DNA of 64,000 nucleotides from Egibacteraceae bacterium (GCA_046498405.1 JAWOAS010000138.1:13888-77887); one strand, 5' to 3'. Shown: positions 51,025 through 62,904, counted from the first letter of the stretch. Notes: generated by a model not told the origin, from the sequence alone. Program-made: numbers and translations.

Positions 51025-51185
51025 CCCTCCCCGCCGCGTGGACCCAACGGCGCTCGACCGCGCGCGCGGCGCGTGACCATGGACGACGGGGATCGTACGG
51101 TCGGTCGGCCGGCCCCGCCAAAGCGGGCCGGTCGGCCGTGACGACGAGCCCGGGCGATCGTAGGGCGCTCCCGCGCCGGCGCGGC

Positions 51186-53795
<2,610 letters not shown>

Positions 53796-53944
53796 AGGGG
53801 CCTCCGGCGGTGTGGGACCGCACGATCCGGCTCGCGCGAGATGCGAGCAATGGGTCAGGATAACCGCTTGCGGCTCGGGCGACTACGCCGACGGCCGTGG
53901 ACCTGCCGAGGGCCTTTGCCGTCGGGGCGCAGCCGACCATGCGG

Positions 53945-55276
53945 TCAGCGCTCGAGAGGCAGCAGGGCGCCGGCTGCCCACGCCGCCGACAGCTCGGTGA
54001 CCTCGGCCGCGCCCTCTGACGTGACGGGATGGCGCACGTGCCAGACGCCTCCCCGTCCGTCGCCGAGCACAGTGTCGCGCCCTCGCGAGGTGAGCCACGG
54101 CCGGGCGCCGTCAGCGTCGAGCGCGGCGGCGACCTCGCCGTCGAGGGTGAGGTCGCGCCGACCCTCGGAGCCGAGGGCGCCGCGGCGCAGGAGCACCTCG
54201 CCCGAGGCGTCGAGGCCGAGCAGGTCGACCCGGCCCAAGCGCGCCGACGCCGGGTCGGCGGGCGCCAGCGCGAGGGGATCGAGGCCGTGGCGCTCGAGCG
54301 CGTCGTCGGCGTCGAGCTCGCCACGGCCTGCGGGCAGCGCGAGCGTCCCGTCATCCGCAGGCCCGAACGGGACGACATGGAGGCGGTCGGCGCCGGCCGT
54401 CGCCTCGGCGACGACGAGCCGCCACCCCTGGTCGCTGTCGAGCCAGCCACGGACCGCGAGATCGCCGTCGGCGGCAAGGGGCCAGCTCCCCGCCACCGCG
54501 TCACCGTCGAGGGCACGTTCGAGCTCCACGGCCCGCAGGGTCACGCGGTCGTCGATCCAGGCGAGGTGGCGCCCGTCGGGCGCGAAGGCCGCCGGACCCG
54601 GGCATGACGTCGACACCTCGACGGCGTCGTCGGTGGCCACGTCGGTCAGCACGAGGGCGTCGAGGCAGCGCTGCGGGGGCGCGTCGACGGGGCCGAGTCG
54701 GTAGGCGACCGCCACCATGTCGGGGCGGGCGGCCACGGCAAGGGGCCCCACACCCGGCGGACCGCCCGCCAGGGGACCCAGATCGCCGCCGGCGACGCGC
54801 AACGGACCGTCCTGCTCGAGCAGCGACAACGCTCCGAGCCGCTGCCGCAGCCCGTCGACGCCGTCGAGCGCGGCGAGGGGGTCGACCTCCGCCGGCGCGA
54901 AGCCCGGATCGGCGTCGGAGCTGGCCGCACCCTCCTCGGGCCCAGGCGCGCCTCGCGAGCTCTCCTCACCGGGCCCGGGCGACGCCGCCTCGGCCAGCCC
55001 TTCAGCCTCGTCACCGACGTCGGCGGCGACGTCGTCGGAATCCTCGACGGACTCGGGGCCTGAGGCGACCTCGGTCGGAGAGGCCAGCCATGAGGGCACG
55101 ACGGCCAAGCTCGCGAGGATGACGGCCGCCGTGGCGACGAGGGGAGCCGCCGAGCGCACGCGGCGACGACGCAGGACCCGGCGCCGCACGGCCTCGGCGC
55201 GCTCACCGTCGGCGCCCACGTCACCGGCGCGCTCGTGCAGACTCGCACGCAGGCGCTCCTCGAGGTCGGCCATCAC
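53945..55276 (-). CDS. Membrane protein with a large extracytoplasmic domain; putative anti-sigma factor by position
   Basis: The start overlaps the ECF sigma stop. A short cytoplasmic N-terminus (about 45 aa, no HxxxCxxC), one TM helix (APLVATAAVILASLAVV), and an external region of about 380 aa with a TolB-like snippet (FAPDGRHLAW). Confidence 0.55.
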   Translation of the reverse strand: MMADLEERLRASLHERAGDVGADGERAEAVRRRVLRRRRVRSAAPLVATAAVILASLAVVPSWLASPTEVASGPESVEDSDDVAADVGDEAEGLAEAASPGPGEESSRGAPGPEEGAASSDADPGFAPAEVDPLAALDGVDGLRQRLGALSLLEQDGPLRVAGGDLGPLAGGPPGVGPLAVAARPDMVAVAYRLGPVDAPPQRCLDALVLTDVATDDAVEVSTSCPGPAAFAPDGRHLAWIDDRVTLRAVELERALDGDAVAGSWPLAADGDLAVRGWLDSDQGWRLVVAEATAGADRLHVVPFGPADDGTLALPAGRGELDADDALERHGLDPLALAPADPASARLGRVDLLGLDASGEVLLRRGALGSEGRRDLTLDGEVAAALDADGARPWLTSRGRDTVLGDGRGGVWHVRHPVTSEGAAEVTELSAAWAAGALLPLER

Positions 55277-55920
55277 CCGACCTCGCCCTCGTCACGGACC
55301 TCGCCGACGAGGTCGCGCAGGGTGGCGATCCCACGGGACACGCTCGACTTCACCGTCCCGGTGGCCACGCCCATGACCTCGGCGGTGCCGGCCTCGGAGA
55401 GGTCCTCCCAGTAGCGCAGCACGATCGCGGTGCGCTGGCGCTGCGGCAGCTTGGCGAGCGCGGCGAAGAGCTCGTCGCGCTCGCTCAGGTGCTCGTCGGC
55501 GGCGCGGGTGCCTCGCGCGTCGCCCGAGCGGCGGGTGAGCTCCCGACGCTCGAGCGCAAGGCGGCGGAAGCGCGAGTTGACGGTGTTGACCACCGCCCGG
55601 CGGATGTAGGCCCGCGGGCTGTCGATGCGGCCGCGTCGCCAGGCGCGCCAGACCTTCACGAAGGCGTCGGCCACGGCGTCCTCGGCGCGCTCCTGCTGTC
55701 CGCACAGCAGGTAGGCCAGGCGCACCGCCTCGGCGTAGTGCGCGGCGTAGAGCTCGGCGAACGCCTCGTCGCCCCGGGCGTCGTCAGCCATGGCGAGCCG
55801 CGGGGCGACGACGTCGTCCGCTGACGCCGGCCTGCCCGTCATGCCCGGGGAGGAGGCGCCGCCGACGGCGCGGGCGCCGGTCGCGCCCGCGCCCCTGCGC
55901 TGGAGGGTCGCCGTAGCCAT
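55273..55920 (-). CDS. ECF-type RNA polymerase sigma factor
   Basis: Region 2 (AEDAVADAFVKVWRAW) and region 4 (LPQRQRTAIVLRYWEDLSEAGTAEVMGVATGTVKSSVSRG). The start is uncertain (ATG at 55920 or an internal Met). Confidence 0.85.
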   Translation of the reverse strand: MATATLQRRGAGATGARAVGGASSPGMTGRPASADDVVAPRLAMADDARGDEAFAELYAAHYAEAVRLAYLLCGQQERAEDAVADAFVKVWRAWRRGRIDSPRAYIRRAVVNTVNSRFRRLALERRELTRRSGDARGTRAADEHLSERDELFAALAKLPQRQRTAIVLRYWEDLSEAGTAEVMGVATGTVKSSVSRGIATLRDLVGEVRDEGEVG

Positions 55921-55971
55921 GTCGCCCCCCTTGACGCGCGAGCGGCGGGCGAGGTTGTCCCACGGCGCCGT

Positions 55972-57507
55972 CTACTCCTCGAGCTTGGGGAAGAGCACCT
56001 GCCCGCGCTCGGTGCGCACCCCCGGCGGCAGCCCGCCCGGCTCCCCGGCGTCGGGCAGGCGCTGGTCCTCGAGGGCCTCGTCGAGGCCGAGCTTGGCCCA
56101 CAGGCTCTCGGCCATGCCGGGCATGACCGGGCTTGTGAGCACGGCGATGACCCGCAGCGCGTCGACGCACTCGTAGAGCACCCGGTCGAGGTCCTCATCG
56201 GCGCCCTGCTTGTTGAGCGCCCACGGCTGGCGCGCCTCGACGTAGCGGTTCACGCCACCGACGAGCGTCCAGAGGTCCTCGAGCCCCCGCTTGAAGGCGA
56301 GGCGGTCGAAGGCCGCGAGGCCGGCCAGCGCGGTCTCGCGGTCGCGGGAGAGCTGGGCTTCGGGCTGACCGGAGGCGCCGGTCGGCGCGGGCACGACGCC
56401 GTCGCGGTAGCTGCCGACCATGTTGAGGACGCGGTTGACGAGGTTGCCGAGGTCGTTGGCGAGGTCGGTGGTGTAGCGCTCCTCCATCGACTCCCAGCTG
56501 AACGTGCCGTCCTGGCCGAAGGAGATCTCCCGCAGGAAGTAGTAGCGGTAGCAGTCGATGCCGAAGTGCTCGACGAGCTCGGAGGGGCGGATCCCCGTGG
56601 CGTTGGACTTGCCCATCTTCTCCCCGCCGACGAGCAGGAAGCCGTGGGCGTAGACCTGGTGGGGCACCTCGACACCGGCGGCGATGAGCATCGCCGGCCA
56701 GTAGACGGCGTGGAAGCGCAGGATGTCCTTGCCGATGAGGTGGACGTCGGCGGGCCAACGCCGGGCAAAGGCCTCGTCGTCGGCGCCGTAGCCCGCAGCG
56801 GTGATGTAGTTGAGGAGCGCGTCGAACCACACGTAGAAGATGTGGCCGTCGTCCCATGGGCAGGGCACGCCCCAGCTGAACTCGGTGCGGGTGGCCGAGA
56901 TGTCCTCGAGGCCGGCCTCGACGAAGGCGCGGACCTCGTTGCGGCGCACGTCGGGCTGGACGAAGCCGGGATGGGTGTCGTAGAGCTCGAGCAGCGCCGG
57001 GGCGTACTTCGAGAGGCGGAAGAACCAGTTCTCCTGCTCGAGGCGCTCGACGGGGTGGCGGTGGATGGGGCACAGCTCGCCCTCGAGGAGCTCGGCCTCG
57101 GCGTAGTAGCCCTCGCAGCGGACGCAGTAGGGCCCGACGTACGTCGACTTGTAGAGGTCGCCCTGGTCGTAGAGGCGCTGCATGAACTCCTGCACGCGGG
57201 CCTCGTGGCGCTCCTCGGTCGTGCGGATGAAGTCGTCGTTGGAGATGTCGAGCAGCCCGAGCATCTCCTCCCACCGGGGCAGGATGTCGTCGCAGTGCTC
57301 CTGGGGGGTCAGGCCTCGCTCTTCCGCAGCGCGGGCGACCTTCTGGCCGTGCTCGTCGGTGCCGGTGAGGAAGTGCACCCGGTCGCCGTTGAGCCGGCGC
57401 CAGCGGGCGAGCACGTCAGCGGCCACCGTGGTGTAGGCGTGGCCGATGTGCGGCACGTCGTTGACGTAGTAGATCGGCGTCGTGAGGTAGAAGGTGTCCT
57501 TGCCCAT
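55972..57507 (-). CDS. metG: Methionine--tRNA ligase
   Basis: ATG at 57507. YVNDVPHIGHAY (HIGH motif), KMGKSNA (KMSKS-type motif), and a Cys knuckle CVRCEGY..CPIH. Confidence 0.95.
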   Translation of the reverse strand: MGKDTFYLTTPIYYVNDVPHIGHAYTTVAADVLARWRRLNGDRVHFLTGTDEHGQKVARAAEERGLTPQEHCDDILPRWEEMLGLLDISNDDFIRTTEERHEARVQEFMQRLYDQGDLYKSTYVGPYCVRCEGYYAEAELLEGELCPIHRHPVERLEQENWFFRLSKYAPALLELYDTHPGFVQPDVRRNEVRAFVEAGLEDISATRTEFSWGVPCPWDDGHIFYVWFDALLNYITAAGYGADDEAFARRWPADVHLIGKDILRFHAVYWPAMLIAAGVEVPHQVYAHGFLLVGGEKMGKSNATGIRPSELVEHFGIDCYRYYFLREISFGQDGTFSWESMEERYTTDLANDLGNLVNRVLNMVGSYRDGVVPAPTGASGQPEAQLSRDRETALAGLAAFDRLAFKRGLEDLWTLVGGVNRYVEARQPWALNKQGADEDLDRVLYECVDALRVIAVLTSPVMPGMAESLWAKLGLDEALEDQRLPDAGEPGGLPPGVRTERGQVLFPKLEE

Positions 57508-57573
57508 GGGCGGGTACCTCGCCAGGTCGCGGGTGCGGGTCTGCTGCGGGCCGGCCGGATAGTATCGACCGCC

Positions 57574-57855
57574 ATGGCAGGCCAGGGAATCCGGCGCAAG
57601 ATCGACGACCTCGGGCGCGTGGTGATCCCGTCGCAGTTCCGCCACGAGCTCGGCATCGATGAGGGCGACGAGCTCGAGATCACCCTCGAGGCCGACCGGG
57701 TCGTCATCGAGGCCGCAGTCGACCAGTGCACGTTCTGCGGCGCGGAGGACGGGCTCGCGACCTTCCGCGACAAGCCGGTGTGCTGGTCGTGCATGGCCGC
57801 GCTGCGGGCGCTCGACCGCGAGCGTGTCGACGAGGCCTCGAGCCCCTTCGGCTGA
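57574..57855 (+). CDS. AbrB/MazE/SpoVT-family DNA-binding protein with a C-terminal CxxC..CxxC extension
   Basis: IRRKIDDLGRVVIPSQFRHELGIDEGDELEI is a swapped-hairpin (SpoVT-AbrB) motif. C-terminal CTFCG..(16)..CWSC. TAGTAT lies 8 nt upstream of the ATG and there is no SD. Confidence 0.8.
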   Translation: MAGQGIRRKIDDLGRVVIPSQFRHELGIDEGDELEITLEADRVVIEAAVDQCTFCGAEDGLATFRDKPVCWSCMAALRALDRERVDEASSPFG

Positions 57856-57953
57856 GCGCCGCGTGGCGGGCAGCGGCTCCCGCCGGCCTCGCCGTCAACC
57901 CAGCCGCGGACACGCCTCGATCCCGACCGGGAGGTCGGGTAGGCGGGGCGGGG

Positions 57954-59648
57954 TCATCGTCGTCGGCGGCCGCCGGGTCCGCCACGCCCCGTGCCGCCCG
58001 CGGCCTCGACGCCACCTCGGGCTCTGGCCGCGGCGACCGGATGATCGGGCGGGGCGGTGAGACCGAAGCCGTCGCCGTGGGCCACGACGCGCCAGCCGTC
58101 CTCGTGCACGAGGTGGTGGCAGGCCACGCAGAGCAGCGTGAGGTTCTCGAGATCCGTGGGACCGCCGTGTCGCCACCAACGCACGTGGTGGAGCTCACAG
58201 CGCGTCGCCGGCGCGCCACAGCCCACGCAGCGGCGGTCACGCGCGATGACCGCCGAGCGGAGCCGTTGGGTCGGCGTCCTGCGACGACGGCCGACGTTGA
58301 GCGTGTCGTCGGCCTTCCAGCGGATCTCGGTGACCTCGGCGTTGCAGGCGAGCTCGCGTGCGGTGGCCGAGCCGACGGGGCCGTGGCCGACGAGCTCGGA
58401 GTCCAGCGCCGCGTCGGCCCCGTCGAGGGCCTCGGGGGAGGTGATGAGGATCATGTGCGCGTGACCGCGCCCGCGCCCACGCGTGGCCGCGAGGTCGCTC
58501 GAGGGCCCATCGCCGACCGCGGCGGCGTCACCGTCGAGCCGACGGCGCACGGCCCGGGCGAGCGCGTCGAGGTGGCGCTGGCCCGGCGTGCGCTCGTCGT
58601 CGGCGCTGTCGCGCCCGCCGAAGACGTCGAGGTAGGTGCGCAGCTGCGCGGCGGTCACTGGGTCGAGCTCGCCGGAGAGGCGGCTGAGCTCCAGTGGACC
58701 GGAGGGCTGCGACAGCGAGAGCCAACGGTGCTCGTGGGCGCGGCGCTTGCGCTCCTGCTCGCCGGGCCGCCCGCGCCGTCCCTGCCAGTCGGTGAGCTGG
58801 CGGCGCAGCGCCGCGACCGAGGAGCCGGGCGCCTCGGCGGCGACAAGCGCGTCGAGGTCGGCGTGGTCCTCGGCGCGTGCGGCGGGGTCGTCGGCGAGCG
58901 CGGGATCGGCCTCGAGCTGGCGCAGCGTCTCGACCACCGAGCGAAGGTGGCGTGGGTCGACGTCGCCGGCGCGCACCCCGGCGGCGGTGGCCGGCAGGGT
59001 CCGCAGCGCCTGGGCGTCGGCGACGTCGCCGCGCAACTGCCCGTAGGTCGCGAGGCTGCAACGGGCGAGCATGCCGGCCGTCGAGCCGGCGCCGTGGCGC
59101 CGCCACGTCTTGCGCGCGTCGAGCGCACCGACGCGCCGCAAGCGCTCCCCGCGCGCCCGCCTCTCGAGTCGCTCGAGGGCGACCGCGGCGTCGAGGACCT
59201 CGGCCTCCGGCGTGATCTGCGGAGCGGCACGCCCGGCGGCCATGGCACCGCCGTCCTGCCCGGCCGGCCGGTCATCGCGGCCAGCGGCGCTGCGCGAGGC
59301 CGCGACGTCGTCCGCGGCCGGCTCGACGACCTCGGCGGCAAGGCGGTCGAGGAGCACGGCGATCCCGTCGGTGAGCTCGCGGGTCGACGGCACCCGATCC
59401 TCGCCGGAGAGCAGGGCCTGCACCCCGGCGAGGAAGGAGGCTGGGCTCTGCCCGGCCGCCGGCAGGGGCTCGCGGGAGGGACCAGCGGGCGTCGCGCCGC
59501 TCGTCGGCGCGGCACCGTAGGGCCCCGGGGCTTCCCCCGCGAGGGTGGCGCGGCTGCCGCGCCAGTGTGGGCGGCCCGGCCGCAGGGGGTGCGTAAGCGG
59601 GCCTGCGGCCCGCCTGCCCCCTCGTCTCACCTCGGTCTCGGTGCGCAT
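57954..59648 (-). CDS. DUF222 / HNH endonuclease-domain protein (REP13E12-like family)
   Basis: C-terminal CVGCGAPATRCELHHVRWWRHGGPTDLENLTLLCVACHHLVH is an HNH motif. The upstream helical region is typical of DUF222. The start is uncertain. Confidence 0.8.
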   Translation of the reverse strand: MRTETEVRRGGRRAAGPLTHPLRPGRPHWRGSRATLAGEAPGPYGAAPTSGATPAGPSREPLPAAGQSPASFLAGVQALLSGEDRVPSTRELTDGIAVLLDRLAAEVVEPAADDVAASRSAAGRDDRPAGQDGGAMAAGRAAPQITPEAEVLDAAVALERLERRARGERLRRVGALDARKTWRRHGAGSTAGMLARCSLATYGQLRGDVADAQALRTLPATAAGVRAGDVDPRHLRSVVETLRQLEADPALADDPAARAEDHADLDALVAAEAPGSSVAALRRQLTDWQGRRGRPGEQERKRRAHEHRWLSLSQPSGPLELSRLSGELDPVTAAQLRTYLDVFGGRDSADDERTPGQRHLDALARAVRRRLDGDAAAVGDGPSSDLAATRGRGRGHAHMILITSPEALDGADAALDSELVGHGPVGSATARELACNAEVTEIRWKADDTLNVGRRRRTPTQRLRSAVIARDRRCVGCGAPATRCELHHVRWWRHGGPTDLENLTLLCVACHHLVHEDGWRVVAHGDGFGLTAPPDHPVAAARARGGVEAAGGTGRGGPGGRRRR

Positions 59649-59720
59649 CGTGGCGAGCGTGCCACACCGCCTCCCGGCGGGAACGCGCTGTCCACAGCCG
59701 CGACGACCGCCTGCGGGGCC

Positions 59721-60410
59721 TCAGTTCGAGGAGGACGCCGAGGACGCCGCCGAGGCCGCAGCCGCCGCGGTCACCGCGGTCATCGCCGCTGCCTGGGCCT
59801 GGGCGACGGCCTCGCCCACCTCGCCGACGACCCCCTCCTTGGCGAGCTGCCGACCGCGCTTGAGCGCCGCCCGCCGCTGGGAGCGCTCGACGAGCCGGCC
59901 CACCGCGCCACTGCCAGCGGTGGCGACGAGCCCGGCCAGCGCGGCGTCGCGGGGCGCGGCCGGTCGGTCGTCGGTGAGGACCCCGCCGATGCGCTGGCGC
60001 ACCTCCGTCGCCCGCGCGGGATCGGCGAGCGGGTGGCGGGTGACGTGGAAGAGCCGCAGGACCCGACGCTCCTCGACACGCAGCACCCCGCGGTCGACGA
60101 GCCGGTCGACCGGTGCCTGCCGCACCTCCTTGTCTCCTGCCCAGCGCTGCATCCACCGGCTGATCTTGCGCGGCTTGGCGTCCGCGCGGATCCGGTCGAG
60201 CAGGGCGGCGCGCATCGGCCCGGTCGGGCTCGCACCGACGGCAGGCTCGACCTTGCCGTCGACGACCTCGATGAGCCCCTCGAGGGTGAGGTCGATGAGC
60301 AGGGCTCCGGCGAGCAGCTGGTCGAACTGCCCGCCGACGGCGCGCTTGCCCCTCTCGTCGTCCCAGCACAGCAGAAGCAGCTCCTCGGCGACGGTGAGCT
60401 CCGAGGCCAT
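59721..60410 (-). CDS. GPP34 (GOLPH3/Vps74-like) family protein
   Basis: ATG at 60410 follows AAGGAGG plus 6 nt. VAEELLLLCWDDERGK..LLAGALLIDLTLEGLIEV fits my recollection of the bacterial GPP34 family. Ala/Ser-rich C-terminal tail. Confidence 0.75.
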   Translation of the reverse strand: MASELTVAEELLLLCWDDERGKRAVGGQFDQLLAGALLIDLTLEGLIEVVDGKVEPAVGASPTGPMRAALLDRIRADAKPRKISRWMQRWAGDKEVRQAPVDRLVDRGVLRVEERRVLRLFHVTRHPLADPARATEVRQRIGGVLTDDRPAAPRDAALAGLVATAGSGAVGRLVERSQRRAALKRGRQLAKEGVVGEVGEAVAQAQAAAMTAVTAAAAASAASSASSSN

Positions 60411-60475
60411 GGTCATCCTCCTTGTCGGTTGCGTCCTCACGCTACGTCCCCCGCCAGCGAGCCTGCCCTGCATGC

Positions 60476-61306
60476 TCAGGCCTCGAGGACGGCCTGGTAG
60501 ACCTCCCGCTTGGGGACGCCCGTCACCTTCGCGACCTCGGCGATCGCCGCCTTCTTGTCCATCCCCGAGGCGATGAGCCCGCGCACCCGCCCAGCGAGCT
60601 CGTCGGCGCCGAGCGCTGCCGGGTCGCGCTCGGCCGCCCCGGCGACGACGACGGTGACCTCGCCGCGTGCGCCCTCGGCGAAGGCCTCGGCGAGGCCGGC
60701 GAGGGTGTCGCGACGGACCTCCTCGAAGCGCTTGGTGAGCTCGCGGGCCAGCGCAGCGGACCGCTCGGGCCCGAGGATGTCGGCCATCGCCGCGAGGTCC
60801 TCGCCGGCGCGGTGCGGCGCGACGTGGAAGACGAGGACCCGGGGGTCGTCGACGAGCTCGGCGAGGCGCTGGCGGCGCGCGCCGGCCTTGCGCGGCAGGA
60901 AGCCCTCGAAGGCGAAGCGGTCGGTCGGCAGCCCCGAGAGCACGAGGGCGTGGATCGCCGCGACCGGTCCGGGCACCGCCTCGACGGGCAGCCCACGGGC
61001 GACGGCGTCGCGCACGAGGGGGTAGCCGGGGTCGCTGATCCCCGGTGTGCCCGCGTCGCTGACGAGGACGACGACCTCGCCAGCGGCGACCCGGTCGAGG
61101 AGCTCGGCGCCGCGCGCCGCCTCGTTGTGCTCGTGGTAGCTGCGCATCGGCGCCTCGGAGCCGACATGGGCGAGCAACGTACCGGTGCGGCGGGTGTCCT
61201 CCGCGGCGACGAGGTCGGCGCCGCGCAGTGCCTCGGCCGCCCGGGGCGAGAGGTCGCCGAGGTTGCCGATGGGCGTGGCGACGAGGACGAGCCGGCCCTC
61301 GTCCAT
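60476..61306 (-). CDS. rsmI: 16S rRNA (cytidine1402-2'-O)-methyltransferase
   Basis: ATG at 61306 follows GAGGAGG. LVLVATPIGNLGDLSPRA, VSDAGTPGISDPG, RELTKRFEE. Confidence 0.9.
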   Translation of the reverse strand: MDEGRLVLVATPIGNLGDLSPRAAEALRGADLVAAEDTRRTGTLLAHVGSEAPMRSYHEHNEAARGAELLDRVAAGEVVVLVSDAGTPGISDPGYPLVRDAVARGLPVEAVPGPVAAIHALVLSGLPTDRFAFEGFLPRKAGARRQRLAELVDDPRVLVFHVAPHRAGEDLAAMADILGPERSAALARELTKRFEEVRRDTLAGLAEAFAEGARGEVTVVVAGAAERDPAALGADELAGRVRGLIASGMDKKAAIAEVAKVTGVPKREVYQAVLEA

Positions 61307-61356
61307 CCTTGCCTCCTCACCGTCGCTGCGGGGACCCGAGCCTAGACTTCGCTCGC

Positions 61357-62904
61357 ATGGGCACCCATCCCGCGCCCGAGGCGGCCTCACCGCAGCCGGG
61401 GAGCGCGGCGGGCCGCCGCGACCGCCGCTGGGCGGTGGCGCTGCCGGCCACCCTCGTCCTCGCAGCGCTGGCCCTCAGGCTCGTCGGGCTCGAGGAGCCC
61501 GAGCGGCTGTACTTCGACGAGGTCTACTACGTTGCCGACGCCCGCGCGCTGCTCGCCGACGGCGTCGAGGACGGCTTCGTCGTCCACCCCCCGCTGGGCA
61601 AGTGGCTCATCGCCGCCGGCATCGCCGTCGCCGGTGACGGGCCGTTGGGCTGGCGGCTGGCCTCGGCGGTGGCCGGGGCGCTGCTCGTCGGCGTCACCTA
61701 CGCAGTGGGGCTGCGCCTGCTCGGCCGGCGCAGCCTCGCCGCGCTCGCCGGGCTCCTCGTCGCCGTCGACGGCATGGCGCTCGTCAGCAGCCGCGTCGCG
61801 ATGCTCGACGGCTTCCTCGCGCTCCTCGTCGCCGCGGCGGCCTGGGCCCTGCTCGCCGACGGCGCGGCCCGCGACGGCCCGGGCGATCCCAGCCTCGAGG
61901 TGGGCCCCCGGCCATGGCGCGGCTGGGCGCTCGGGGCCTCCCCTGCCCGATGGGTGGCCGGCGGGCTGCTCGGCCTCGCCGTGGCGACGAAGTGGGCTGG
62001 GCTGCTCGCGATCGGCGCGGCCGGGCTCGTCTCGCTCGTCGGCGATCTCCTCGCTCGTCGCCGGGCCACCGGTCGCGTCCTCGCCGATCCGGTGCACCTC
62101 CTGGCCGGCCTCGCCGTGCCGCTGCTGCTCGTCCCTGCGGCGGTCTACCTCGCGAGCTACGCCGGCTGGTTCGCCGGCTATGAGCAGACGCGCCCGGGCC
62201 AGGCCGCCTGCACCGGGGAGCCCTGCGAGATCTCAGCCGGCGAGCGGGTCGCCGGCTGGTGGGGGGAGCAGGCCGCGATCGCCCGGTTCCACACCGACCT
62301 CGACGCCGAGCACCCCTACCGGGCCGGGGCATGGACCTGGCCGCTGCTGACCCAGCCGGTCGCCTACGCCTACGAGACCGCCGAGTCCTGCGACGAGGGC
62401 GCCGCCGAGGCGGACGGGCCGCAGGACGCCGAGGCCGACGCGGACGAGGCCGCGGTCGGTGACGCCGACGACGCGCCCGGCGACCCAGCCGCGCGCGGCT
62501 GCGGCCTCGCCGAGGGGCAGGTCCGCCACATCCTCGCCGTCGGCAACCCCGCGGTCTGGTGGCCGGCCGGGCTCGCGGTGCTCGCACTGGGCTGGGCCGC
62601 GGCGAGGCACCGTCGCGGCGACGCCGGCTTCCTCCTCGCCTTCACGCTCGGGCAGTGGCTGCCCTGGCTCGTCGTCGCCCGCCCGGTCTTCCTCTTCTAC
62701 ACCGTGCCGATCGTGCCGTTCCTCGCGCTCGCCCTCGCGTGGGGCGCCGCGGAGACCTCGAGGTCACCGAGGCTGCGCTGGCTACCGGCGGCGCTTGCCG
62801 TAGGTGCCCTGCTCGGCCTCGCCTTCTGGTATCCGATCTGGCTCGGCACGCCGATCGAGGAGGGCGCGTGGCGGGCCCGGATCCTCTTCGCCTCGTGGTA
62901 CTGA
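61357..62904 (+). CDS. pmt: Dolichyl/polyprenyl-phosphate-mannose--protein mannosyltransferase
   Basis: Multi-TM protein with YFDEVYY and HPPLGKWLIA motifs, divergent from rsmI as in other actinobacteria. It has an acidic insert around 62380-62520. Confidence 0.85.
   Translation: MGTHPAPEAASPQPGSAAGRRDRRWAVALPATLVLAALALRLVGLEEPERLYFDEVYYVADARALLADGVEDGFVVHPPLGKWLIAAGIAVAGDGPLGWRLASAVAGALLVGVTYAVGLRLLGRRSLAALAGLLVAVDGMALVSSRVAMLDGFLALLVAAAAWALLADGAARDGPGDPSLEVGPRPWRGWALGASPARWVAGGLLGLAVATKWAGLLAIGAAGLVSLVGDLLARRRATGRVLADPVHLLAGLAVPLLLVPAAVYLASYAGWFAGYEQTRPGQAACTGEPCEISAGERVAGWWGEQAAIARFHTDLDAEHPYRAGAWTWPLLTQPVAYAYETAESCDEGAAEADGPQDAEADADEAAVGDADDAPGDPAARGCGLAEGQVRHILAVGNPAVWWPAGLAVLALGWAAARHRRGDAGFLLAFTLGQWLPWLVVARPVFLFYTVPIVPFLALALAWGAAETSRSPRLRWLPAALAVGALLGLAFWYPIWLGTPIEEGAWRARILFASWY

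Noticed and set aside
57574-57855. AbrB/MazE-fold protein as the antitoxin of a type II toxin-antitoxin pair
   Set aside because: No MazF/PIN/other toxin ORF is adjacent. The next gene is a convergent HNH/DUF222 protein about 100 nt away.
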